Source: Nemertoderma westbladi
Lineage: Eukaryota > Animalia > Xenacoelomorpha
Length of the DNA stretch: 33,246 nt
Assembly: GCA_032718475.1 (NCBI GenBank)
Contig: JAUCBJ010000438.1
Location: forward strand, 1-33,246
Direction: 5' to 3'
The translations under genes and the position numbers were made by a program. Position 1 is the stretch's first letter, and every line of letters starts with the position of its first letter. The notes under the pieces are model-generated. The model made no database searches. It was not told the DNA's origin and saw nothing but the letters and a program-made list of their open reading frames with translations. Of the stretch, positions 1 to 11,825 are shown piece by piece.

Positions 1-90
1 TATTATATTTGGATATTGTATTTGGATGTTATATTTGGATATTATATTTGGATATTTTATTTGGATATTTATATTGGACATTATGTTTGA
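1..90. repeat. Degenerate ~13-bp tandem repeat (ATATTATATTTGG-like)
   Basis: About 6-7 imperfect copies of tattatatttgga at the window start. Confidence 0.7.
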
Positions 91-757
91 ATGTTGGGTT
101 TGGAGGAGCGAGATATGGAAAGGAAGGCTTGCGAGCCTACCGTTAGCAATTAGTGCTCAGGAGAAGATATCCAGACCAGCAGGACGAACTTTTTAGCTCG
201 TCAGGAGGACCTTTTAAGACTCATTTGGAAGTTATTAGCGCATTATGTTTATATTATATTTGGACAGATTTAATTTGGTGAAGGTTTATTATGTATATTT
301 ACAATATATAAAGATTTATCGAAAGAGTTTGATTTATTTTTTGATTTGTTTGAATTATTTGTTTTGATTTGTTTAATTTGTTTATCTTGATAACCGAAAG
401 CCTTTTTTTGTATTTTAGGCACTAAAGTTAATTCGTAAATTTATATTTGTATGTACGATCGATTGTATTTACGCCGTATCTGCAATATTAAGTATGCAAT
501 GATTAGATAGTGATTATATTTTATATTTTAGGCCCTACCAGTAAATTTAGAAATAGTTTGTAGATATTTTATATTTTGATTGGTGAAAACAGTCTTACTT
601 ACTGTTTTCATGGAGCGGTGATGAATTATTTCACTATAAGGTAGCATTTGTAGTTTAACTTTAACGTAAAAACTTTTGAAAATCCGACGTATTTTGATTA
701 AGTTACAGTAATGTAATATGCCTATTCATATTTGTACACATAAAACCCTTAGGTACT

Positions 758-830
758 CTCGTGGCGTAGTGGTCAGATGGTTAAGGCGTTGGTTACATTA
801 CGTAGGTTACGAGTTCGAATCCCAGTCGGG
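758..830 (+). other. tRNA-like Pol III promoter segment (SINE head or tRNA pseudogene)
   Basis: A-box-like TGGTCAGATGG and B-box GAGTTCGAATCCC at tRNA spacing; no convincing full cloverleaf. Confidence 0.5.
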
Positions 831-907
831 AAATTTGTATTTTGGGGCCATTTATTTTCGTGTGGTGCTAATTGGTAGGCCAATGAGAAGCGTACAACGT
901 AGCGAAT

Positions 908-1131
908 AATGAGCCAGGCCAATCATAGGGCATAAATTATCTTATTGCTCAAATGTGAGGCAGTGGAAAATTCTGTTAGGATTCCATGTCCCAGATTTAG
1001 TGTAAGGGCCGGACTGCGTTGAACGATGAGCTGGGCCAATCATAGAGCACGAAGCACTTCATTGCTCAATGGTGAAGCTGTGGAAAATTCTGTTTAGTTT
1101 CCATGTGCAATTTCTAGTATAAAAGGGCCGG
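908..1131 (+). repeat. Two diverged ~118-bp tandem copies with CCAAT boxes; the second carries TATAAAA
   Basis: atgagc..ggccaatcatag..ttgctcaa..gtggaaaattctgtt..ttccatgt..aagggccgg at ~908-1012 and ~1026-1131. Confidence 0.65.
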
Positions 1132-4100
1132 TTTGCCTTCGGTTATCACGTTATTAACTTCTTAGAACCCTTAACTGTACACTTATATCTTATTTGTAAA
1201 ATTAGTTTATTCGGTTTCTTGTTGAAACTTCCTTTTGATAAATCCTTTGTAAAACTGTAAATATACTGCAATTTCCTGACATGTTTTCTTTTGGTCCGAC
1301 TTCGGGACAGCCGAACACCAGGGAGATGGCAGCCTAGACCGTTAGGCCGTAAGCAACGCAGGGAAGGGATGTCCACAACACGCTAGCGCCCACATTTGGA
1401 TTGACCGCGCACCCCCTTTGCCCTTCGAAATACTCCACTTGCTATGCAGCGCCCGCTTTGTGAGAAGGTAAGACTTTGTTCGACGCCCTTGCCCGCCGTA
1501 AGACCTATAGATCAGGGTAAGCGTGACACCGCACTGGACGCCGCAAATTTAGGATCAAATAATTATATCCAGACACCCCCCCCCCTTCTTGTCAGTCCTA
1601 CGAACCCCTGGGTTAACCTGTACTTCCTACAGGTGCGAACTATTGCTATTCGTCAGTACGCGAGTACACATTAGGTACGGACAGCATATGTTCCATAATT
1701 TAGTGATTCATAGCACTGACTGTTTGGTACCGGTTCGCTTTGTAGAACGTACATTAGTACCCCCCCCCCCCCCCCCCCCCTGTCTGGAGTTAGCTATTTG
1801 ATCAGGCAAGGAGCATTTCTGCTACCGGCACACTGCTTGGCCTAGGGAGGTTTATTAATATCCTACCGCGCCTTGCCACGTACTGATAGGTATTGCTGCT
1901 AACTACCGCAGCAACAAAGTTCTAGAATTAAATTAGTATACCAGATCAGCTAACGTACGGTAGCGATTAACCCCTATTCTTATCTTACAACCAGAATCTG
2001 GTATTAGTGCCGATCACGGGTGTAGTTACTAACACTGTGGTTGCCCATTGGGTTGTGGATAGGAAGGAGAGAGCTTTGACGTCATTCGTGAGTATAAAGT
2101 TCTACAAACGCGACTAGTTTATTTTAGTAGCTAGCGCACGGTATCATTTAGTCAGAAAATCACTAAAACCTAGTAAAAGGAATTACTCGAAATTGTTTTA
2201 TTTGTAACACACCCACACACACACGCCCTAAAACATATCGCCCTTAAAGTTCTACTAGCTATAGCGTACTATACATTACTTTAGGTGGAAATTATCTGTA
2301 TTTGTAAAATTAGGATCTGATTTAGTTGCGGCAAGATAAGGAGTATTTCATTTTCGTTATTAAACTGTTGTTTGTCTGGACAACGGTATTGTTACATTTA
2401 GGCTTGACCTTTTAGACTGATTTCGTACAGGGGGATTAGTTATTGTTACATTTAGGCACGACCCCTTTTCGACTGATTTAGGACTGTCAGTGTTGTTACG
2501 CTAGGTCTGTTAACCCACTAGCTCGTATATAAACCATATAAATCACACCGCGGCAAGTTACTGTATTTAGGACTGTCAGTGATAGTTAGGATTCGCTGCG
2601 CGGGGATTGTTTTCCCGTGAGTTTGGTCTGTTACTGTAACTGTACATCTGCCTCACCGGTTAGAGGACAGGTATCCTTCTGTCTAGTACGTAGGCATTCG
2701 ACCCGCTCACGTACATAGAATAGATACAAGGCTCTGTTCCTCGCCAGTAGTCGTTTGTGTACTGTATCTGTTTGTTTAGATATCCTGGACTGGGATTTGT
2801 TGTCAGATACTGTACAAGCCCGTATACATTACTAGAGTCTCATAGTAAGATACATCGTTACTAGGATCTGGTAAGCGGTATACTACTGGACCCTTACAAT
2901 ATGCTCAGACAGTCAGTAGTCACATGGTCAGACACTCAGTAGTCACTCTATGCTCTATAACCAAAAAAATCGGGCAGCCAAGTGGTGTGCACCAAATTGA
3001 TTTGAGCCGGGTATTAGATTAGTATTAGGATTACACTATTAACAATTACAGAATTAATTATACTATTAAGCACAAGAAATCACACCAAACAGCCAAATCA
3101 CAAACCAAATCACACACCAAATCACAAACAAAATCACAAACCAAATCATAAAAAATAACCGCAAACAAAACCAATTCTCTGGGTATGAAGACTCAACGAT
3201 TCTAATATCGTCATGTACGTGGTTTATTACATTTCAAATTTAGCTGAAATACTACGAGAATACGTACAATGGAATAAGCCTACCAGGTACCAGTAAGGAT
3301 TCCAAATCCAGATTTCAATATCTCCAAAGCTACGACAGGCCTACTCCAAAAGATCAATTGAAAAAAAGATTGAATTTTAAACTCTACCGGTAGGCCCTAT
3401 TCCAAAAGTTTAATTTTAATAAAAAATACAATTAAAAAAAAACGAAGTAGAAATTTCAACTCTAGAAGTTCCCCCGACTACCTATAAACATAACTCCAAT
3501 GCATACAATGTAACGCTCTAACAGGCCTATTATTTGTATTGTCATTACTGGCAGACCGCCAAGGATTAAGCCTACTTCAGTATTTACTAACTTACTACAG
3601 CAGTACTTCAATTGTACATACTTCCAGCAGAACGGCAATAAGCAATACAATACTGAAGCTAAAGCCACAATACTACAATCAGAACAATATCAGAATTTAA
3701 ACTTTAAATTAGATAAACACTACAGACTATTTGATTACACTGGCCTAATTTAAATGTGGCATGCCTTTTATACTGTATTACTATTTCATATTATTAATTA
3801 TCACCTGTCTAGCGCCCTTTACCCAATGGAAATAGAGTTGCCAATGAAATGTTATTATTTAAAATCTCAAACATGACTAAACACCTATAATCTAACAACC
3901 AATGATTAGCCTGTGTGGTATCATTACACCTACCATATATTGTATTAAGTTGGTATGTACAGTGTGCTTCTACTAACAAACACCCTTCAACCAAACAAAC
4001 GCATCACCGATTTACAAAACCAATATCAATAAGCCAATCACAACCCGCCAACATAACAGCCAGAGGAATATCACTCTACCCTACAGTTCGAATAACTCAA

Positions 4101-4540
4101 TGTAACGACCAATTAGAAGGCTTAGCGATGCTCGAAGTGAATTATTACCATATATGGTATTATTAGGGAGGTATGGTAAATAGAGGGAGGTAGATAGGGA
4201 GGTAATCCTACTGACAGCCATCAAGCAATAACCACATTTACCAGTAGGCTACCACAAGAACTGTTAAGGTAATATTACAGCAAGTGTTTCAGTGTACAAT
4301 GTAAATTGCTAGCTACAGTTGCTGAGACGAAATTCAATATGTAGTTACAAAGAAACAGTAGCCATAATTACCATATATGGTATTATTAGATTGGGTGACT
4401 AATCCGCACATGTACCCCGTAACCACCCACGCTGAATTAACAACTGTCCCCACCATCAATATGGTTTACAATTTTCTATATAAACGGAACGCTGTTTAAT
4501 ATTAAATCATCACTTCACCCATTTATCTTCACCCACTACT

Positions 4541-5071
4541 TTGCTCTATTCAGTCTATATTATGCCAAGACCGGTCCAAGCTATTAGTACTGTTGATCAT
4601 GTACAAGTTACCTTTCAGCTGCGGTCTGGGAGAACATTTGAAACCCATAACGCACAGGAGGTAATGGCAAATTGGGACAATAAACCTTGTTTCATTGTAC
4701 TTGTATTTGGAAGCAACGATCTGTGTGTGAGAGACACAGATTACGTTGTCTCCAAATTAAAGACATTGATTCAGGAATATTCTTCCAATGGTGCTTCCTG
4801 TGTCTTATGGACACAAATGTTCCCAAGGTCAATGCGCCCTAAAGGTGTGTCTGTGGACCCCGATTATAATTCACGTCGTGTCGCCACAAATATGCGGATG
4901 GCGGCGTGGCTCGACCACGCCCAGAACGGCGTTCTAATTAAAATGCAAGGTGCATTATGGCATCGGGTGCAGGGAGGAACCTTGCTGCACTCTGATGGTA
5001 TACACCTGAGTGACCTTGGCCATGCCAAACTCTATAGCATCATCCGCCATGCTCTACTTGCTGTGGTGTAG
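4541..5071 (+). pseudogene. SGNH/GDSL esterase-like ORF lacking the N-terminal block; probably retrotransposon-derived
   Basis: Block III GSNDL and block V DGIH (SDGIHLSDLG) present; block I GDS absent; no introns. SGNH esterases occur in ORF1 of some non-LTR clades. Confidence 0.65.
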
Positions 5072-5999
5072 CGGCCACAAAAAATATAATATTGTTTTAT
5101 AGTGTTTTTTTTAGATATTGGTGAATGTTCTAGAACCTTAATAGATATTTTTTTATGGTAGCTAGTGTGTTTTTTTAATAGCTAGTATTTTTTGAAAAAA
5201 AAATGATAGATATTTCTATCTTTTCTAGAATTTTCTAGATATTTTATCTAGAAAGAGTTCTATCTATATTTAATATCACGTCACGACTTGAGGTTAATTG
5301 AATAACATCGGTTTCTGGTAGTTGTCTAAATAAAACGGCGGTTTCTGGTAGTTGTCTAAATAAAACGGCTAGAGTATGTTCGGGTGAGAAGTCGTCAACA
5401 TTTTCGTTCGCTCCATTTCTAAGTATATCTAAGAGTTCAGTAGATTTGGGCTTCTTAGCATAATATGTCTGGCAGGTAGTTCAGGGTGGTAATGTATACG
5501 AAATTAGAAATGTAGTGGAGAAACTTAGAAGAAAACCTCCCCAGTTAACATTTTGGGAACTAAATTTTGACACAATTTCCCATAATATAGAAACATTTGT
5601 TACAATTGTACTAGCTAACCAAACAATTATTGGTTCTTGAGTCTTATAACTGATATGGACTGGGTTCTGCCCTAAACCGCAAACGTTGGAATGGCAGTTT
5701 GATAAAGTAAGTGATAAAGTAAAGTAAGTTTTCTTGTATTTGTCTGTTCTCCTGTTAAAGTATCTCTTACTATAGTTTTTCGAAGTGATACACTATCACC
5801 CAATGGCACTGATGCTGAATTCGCCAAACAATCGTAGTTTTGGTTAGCTGTTGCTCCACTTGTCATACTTAGTAAAGATAGACCGGTTGCAGGGTATATC
5901 AGATAAATGTAATATTTTATTTTATTTTTATATATTTAATATTATATAATAAATAATGTATAATGTAATTATAGTGTTAATTATAATAAAGTATAAACA

Positions 6000-6240
6000 G
6001 GTCTAGTGATGACATTCCTGGGCATCCAATTACGAAGCTCTGGTTCGATCCCTAGATGGGGCAGCACTGTTTCGGCACAGTGCTTTAAATGCTGCAGCCT
6101 AGCCCAACACTGGCTGGCTTTCATCCTTCAGTGGTCGATAAATGGGAACCAAAGCAACTTGGGAAACAGAGTGCAATGATTTACTGTGGATGATCATCCA
6201 TCGTGGTGAACTTGGCTTAATGAGCCTAAAAGATTCTCCC
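6000..6240 (+). mobile_element. tRNA-derived SINE with Nin/Deu-like core
   Basis: A-box-like GGTCTAGTGA, B-box GGTTCGATCCC, then GCTTTCATCCTTCAGTGGTCGATAAATGGGAACC, which resembles the Nin/Deu core consensus as I recall it. Confidence 0.6.
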
Positions 6241-6699
6241 ATTCATTATGTATAATTAGATTTATTATAAACATGCCTGGCCTTTATTTGGTGGGATTCC
6301 AGATTTTTCCTTAACTATCAGAATCAGGCTTAATGTAGCTTCCCAGATCAATCAGGTTTATCATAGATTTATCATTTATCATTTATTTATCATAGGTTTA
6401 TCAGGTTTATCAAGATTTCCTAAGAATATTCCCTGAATTAGAAATACAAAGATATGGCCCTAAAACCCAAAACAAATATATTAAATGGCCTTCCTGGGAA
6501 AATACACCCATGTTAGATTGAGTTAGTTAAATTTATTAACAGTGGCCCTATAAAAATATCAAAATATATAAAATGGCCTTTTAGATTTACAGTAAATATA
6601 TTGCAGCCAATTGGAAAATATAATTTGGCAATTGGCAATTACGATTCCCCGTACTTAGTTCCAATTTAAGCCTCATGCGAATTTAGTTCCAATGGAAAA

Positions 6700-6873
6700 G
6701 AATTTAGTTCCAATGGAAATGATCTCGCATGATATGAACTCTGGCGTCTTCAGGTACACCATTGACCAAGGTAGCCCCCAGCCGAGGATGTACCACCCTC
6801 TCCCTCCGTGTAATTCCAACTCGTTGTTGACATGGTCGAGGGCATTGAGATCTGGGATCATCCGTAGTTGCGT
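6700..6873 (-). pseudogene. Last recognisable exon of unknown gene, copy A (GWxxxGW motif)
   Basis: Acceptor ttttaag then TQLRMIPDLNALDHVNNELELHGGRGWYILGW; after a frameshift ...DARVHIMR. Aligns with the 9920-10183 ORF (LNAWAHVVEELYWYGDCGWHVFGW...AARIHIIR), 12/24 identical in the core. Confidence 0.55.
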
Positions 6874-7352
6874 CTTAAAATTTTAAACATAAGTTCATTA
6901 TAAAATTAACCCTTTCGAGATCCTGCCCTATGCGGGCTGCCACTTTTAGAGGGTACTGTGGACAAGCAATATTATATTTATATACTGCCATCTGAAATAT
7001 CCCGTAATCCATATAGGATGCCAATGAATAGCATGTCATTTTTTATCATTTTGTCACATTAGATGTTGACCAATTTTTTGAATCTTATGGCTGTGTTGTC
7101 TGTATCCGAAAAGATTGAGCCTTACCATGCCACGGTGTCCGGACAATTGTGACCCGGACAATTGCGACCCATGATTTTTTGTTGCGGTTGGCCCTACATT
7201 ATTCGCAATTAGATATTCTGGAATATTTTGAATTAAAATTAACATTTAACCTAAAGAAATTGAAAGTTATGTTTTTCAATCTTCGTTCTACACAAAATTC
7301 CACAGGCTTCTCTAACAGAAGCATCTAATACATATTCTAAATTAGAGCAACA

Positions 7353-8770
7353 CTAATAGATTGTTGGTACGTTCTCATTTATCTGTGGTAAAAGCGCTTT
7401 ATTATATCATAGGGTTTTGGATAATTGACTCACTGCACTTGCTTTCTGACCTTTCACCGGGAAGTTGAACAACTAGGCGGCCGTGAATTGCTGCACAGCC
7501 CATTATATAAATACGCCTGAAGTTAGCGAGGAACCCCTCTAGTTCATTATTGTTACAAACGGCTAAGAGGAATATTCTCAGCATGAATTAATCTTGCGAT
7601 ATTCTTGAGTTTAGTCAAGGTACTAGGCAAATATTCCTCCCAATTGGTAATTCCGACCGATTCTATTATTTGCATTGCCAAAGCATGTATTATGCTGGCA
7701 GTTTGAATTTGAACTCTTGATAATCCGCGATTGTGTCGGATTTTAACTGGCCACATTCCCAACTGGTAACAAATTACTGATATATCATTCCGTATTCCCT
7801 CTGGTTCCCTATAATGAAATAAGGTAGAGTCATGATAAACCTCTTTAGCTTTTCCGGCTACGTACCGATATATCATCTGAAACACTATTAACTATTAAGG
7901 GTAACTTAGATGAGTCGCTGTTTAAGTGAGCAGGGCCCTTAATAACGGCACCGTGGATCATCCTCGAAGACTTTCCGTCAACAATTTCAGTGGTTATTAT
8001 CGGCAGAACGACAATACCATCATTTTGGTTGTACATGTAAGATGCTACGGGACGTAACATTGCTTCATACATACTAATAAACTCATCCCCAATGCTGGGG
8101 CTGAAGGTTGACAATATCTGTTCACTGACGCTAATTGCCTCATCATCTACAGAATTATATGATCTCCTCCCAATTGGTGGGAGATTGCTGTCCAGGTTGT
8201 CTGAGCCGAGATAGGCTACAAATTCCTCCACAATAGGATCAGCTTTTGCTGAAGGAATCTTGAAGTTATGCAGCTCTAAGCCTTCGTCTAGGAAAACCCT
8301 TTTCCTCGACTCATTTGCTCTTCCTACGCCGAATAGCTTTCTCTCAGCCTTTGATAAGGATTCATTTTGACGCCTTGGTTCTTTGATGTTATTCACCCAG
8401 TGTGGTAAGCATTTCCTTCTTATTAAGTCTTCAAATTCACGATTGGTGTCTTGATTTGGAACCAGTCTTGACATTAGATTTACACATGCCTTTATATTAG
8501 TAGTTTGATCCATCAAGGGAGCTTTTTTCATCCTGAGGGGGAACATTGTCTTCCAGGTCATTTTACACCCTTCAGATAGAGGTGTTTTATCAGCGTGTGT
8601 CAAAAGGTCGAAATTACCCCTTGGCTCGTACATCCTTCCTATTGCAATATGCAGGCACTCCTTGCGTAGGTCCATCTTCTTTATGCGGCATTTTTCAAAA
8701 TCTTTATTAGGATCAACTGTATTCTGATTGAACAGTGACATTACTTTGTCTGGAATCTCCAATACTTGAG
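7353..8770 (-). pseudogene. PA: Endogenous viral element: orthomyxovirus-like polymerase acidic (PA) subunit, C-terminal part, frameshifted
   Basis: Three consecutive ORFs (8762-7845, 7885-7553, 7584-7402) carry PA-C motifs in the correct order: HGAVIKGPAHLNSDSSK (influenza YGFIIKGRSHLRNDTD), LAMQIIES (LQQIES), ELEGFLANFRRI (QLEGFSAESRKL), CSESIIQNPMI (IEECLINDPWV). No introns. Confidence 0.85.
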
Positions 8771-9741
8771 TGTTATAGCACCATTTTTTAACCCTACTTT
8801 TGGAACTACCTATTTTTCGGTGTGTCTGCGAGGAATGACAAAGTATCCTAACTAAAGTCCCTACACAGTGTTTTGTCAGTTTTAAGTTCAGTAAAAGGCG
8901 TCATTCCCAAGTCATTAGGATGAGCCAAATGGCAAACTGTAATTGTGGTACTGGTCCAACCCCCTGTCCCGTGTCGTGTAATTTTGCCATTGGAACAGAG
9001 CCTCATCACATGGTACAGTCATCACCCCCCGTATGCAGTCATTTACGTCCTCTGTATCATACCGTGGTGTCCGTGGTGACGTCATTTGCTCCACAAATTC
9101 CAGAACCAGAAAGGCGCGGTTGGTAACGGACTGAGCAATATCGGATCTGTTCTCTAAACAAGAGTCTCCGATTTTCCCAGCCGCTCGTCAACCACATGGC
9201 AATCTGGGTCCGAAATTAATGAGGTAGAGGAGATACCAAAGTACCCACCTATCCCCTTAAATAGAGTTTGTATGTAGTTCTTGTTGTATTACTATTAGGT
9301 GGTTTGTAACAAGTGATATTAGCAGTAGGCGCCAGTTCAGAAATCATAGTGATAAGTGAAGCTCTGGAAATGGGAGTCCCCAGCTAGTAGTATGTGGTGT
9401 TGGTAAATAGATGGACAGGAGCGTAGGTGTTGTAGGTCTAGATAAGTAATGTTAGATAGAATAAAACGGTTCTGTAGTCATCGCTGTATATGAGGCATAG
9501 TGCAATGCAAGTAAGTAGTGTAGTAGTGTAGTGATAGTGGAATGGAAATAGGCCTTGTGAGTAAAGCAAGCAAAAGTGCAGCAAGAGCAGAAGAGTAACA
9601 CACAAATTTTTGCACACTACATTTATCCCTTGATAAATGTAAACTGATGTTGAAATTATATTCCCACATTAATCATTCCTACATTATTCCTATATCATTC
9701 CTACGCCATCTGCTTTGATTATCCAATGGCCATTGAGGCCC

Positions 9742-11357
9742 CTAACATGACATGGTGGTCTGTGATTGGCTTATGGTTATCCAATCTGGCCTAGCCAAAT
9801 TTTCCATACCATGTACACTGTAGAGGTGGAGGGAAACGTCCTGGGCGACCTGGTGGTGTACACCATGACCCTGGATGGCATGGTGGGGAGCACCCTGGGA
9901 TGGGAGCATCCTGGGCAACCTAGGGGTTTGCACCCTGACCCTGGGCGATGTGGCGGGGAGCACCCTGGGCAACATGGAGGGGAGTGTCCTGGGCAACATA
10001 TGTTCTAAATTCGTGCTCCCGATTGGTTGGCACTATCCTGATGATGTGTATTCTGGCAGCCATCATCATCGCTTCCACATTAGTGGCTGACTTTGCCCAC
10101 CCGAATACATGCCACCCACAATCTCCATACCAATAGAGTTCCTCAACCACATGGGCCCAGGCATTTAATTTACGGCCGTTCACAAAAGATTCTATTAAAG
10201 TGTTACGGGACCAGGGATGACGCCATTGATCGTTATTACAGGTAAATTTATTATAATAATCCCATACATAATAATATTCTTAAAAGCAAAATTAATTATA
10301 AGAGTATGAGAATCAGAGATCAATCTGTGATCAATCAATAGTCGCGGATTTTAAAACCGCACAAGGAAATAGCATACGTTTTCCACATCCTAACAGTCTT
10401 AATTCATCCAGCAACTTGCTACGTGGTACCCTATCGTATGCTTTAGAGAAATCTATAAAACAAATAAATAATTTATATTTTTTATATATTGCAAAATCAA
10501 TGATAAGATGTAATGACAAAATTTGTTCCAAGCAGCCCCACTTTGGTTGCCCTCGGAATGCTTATTTATTTTTGATTTTGTGCCAAATAAGAAAATAAAC
10601 TTCCCAACTAAATCCAACAGCAACAAAATAAACCCAACAAAATCCCAACTAAACTCCGGATCCATTAAATATGATGTAAGGCGGGAACACTCTTCCATTG
10701 TCTTCTATTCCCAATTATTTAACTTTCGACTCATATAATTGGAAGAAGTTCTCAATTGCTGTATTGTTACATGCAGTTGCCCTTGCAATGGTAAAGGCAA
10801 TGGTTCTGAACATCAGCCGAAGTTGAAGGAGGTAGTTGCTAAACCTGGAGCCTCTGCATTATGGTGGGTCATAAAACTCAAAAGTCCACGAATTACGTAG
10901 GAACTTACCCAAAAGGTGAGGTTATGTGTTCATAAAACGTGGACTATATATATAATTACGATTAATTAGGATAATTATAATAGGATTATATAATAGGATT
11001 ACTATTATCTTTTATGAAAAATGCCCCGTTAAATTAGGGCTCCAAAACAGCCACTGTCGATCCAATCCCCATGTCATCAAATCTAAGAATGTTTGCAGGC
11101 CTCGCCAATGTTGTGGTAAACAGGAGGGCAATACTACCCCCAACATCTGCCAATACTATCGTTCTGTCGAACCGTTTCTCCATGGAAATGTTTGTACGTT
11201 TGCTGGCGTTTCGCATTTTGTTAAAATTCAATACAGTGGCAATGACCACTGTGTCATCCATGACTGGTTCATCACCCGTTAGAAGCCAAGCGCTTATCAC
11301 CCCATTGAAGGACCTCCTTTCGAAGGGATGTTCCCCAATCACCACAAAATCCATAAT
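9742..11357 (-). pseudogene. Unknown spliced gene, copy B (degenerate, interrupted by a LINE fragment)
   Basis: Acceptor ttatgcag before 11357; exon ...FDRTIVLADVGG...GIGSTVAVLEP parallels copy A DLISGETFAML...GVGSFLRIVEP. C-terminal piece 10183-9920 has GWHVFGW and VAQ(G/D)xP repeats. Confidence 0.5.
10360..10700 (-). mobile_element. Internal non-LTR reverse transcriptase fragment
   Basis: EQILSLHLIIDFAIYKKYKLFICFIDFSKAYDRVPRSKLL contains the RT motif (F)xDFxKAYD. Confidence 0.8.
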
Positions 11358-11428
11358 CTGCATAAAATAGTTGTAAATATTTCTATATTTTATATTTGTA
11401 TTTTATATTAATTAAGTAAATTCAATTT

Positions 11429-11825
11429 TTGACCAACCGTCGCGTCGTAGACGCAACGGTCGTAGACCCTCTAGCGCCCAGCCATCTCGCTACCAGTCTA
11501 TTCGCAGGAGGTCGTGTTGCCAAGGAGCAAGAAGAGACCCAATCCAGAAAGCAAGAAGAACTAGTAGACCGAGGATACCTCTTCGCACCAGTAGCCTTCG
11601 AAACCCTTGGCCGGCCAGGACCAGCAACAACCTCATTCCTGAAAGAGGTCGGCAGGAAGATTCGACAAGCAACACAGGAACCCCGGTCTCATCGATTCCT
11701 GCTGCAAAGACTCCTGATAGCCATCCTAATCGGCAACTCGGTCTCGATCCGAGGAAAAGTAGACTCCACTAACAATAGCGGCCTCTTCGACATACTTGAA
11801 GAACATTAATAATTAATAATTATTA
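11429..11825 (+). mobile_element. 3' end of an RLE-type (CRE-like) non-LTR retrotransposon, 5'-truncated
   Basis: VDATVVDPLAPSH...FAPVAFETLGRPG...LLQRLLIAILIGN is typical of the restriction-like endonuclease C-terminus; stop followed by a TAA/AAT-rich tail; GC-rich island in AT-rich flanks. Confidence 0.75.

Noticed and set aside
758-830. Functional tRNA gene
   Set aside because: Acceptor and anticodon stems do not pair convincingly.
5250-5900. Degenerate minus-strand coding region
   Set aside because: Short open stretches only; no family recognised.
8804-9700. A second viral segment (e.g. glycoprotein) next to the PA EVE
   Set aside because: Looks coding-like, but the frames I translated are broken and show no recognisable motif; needs a translated search.
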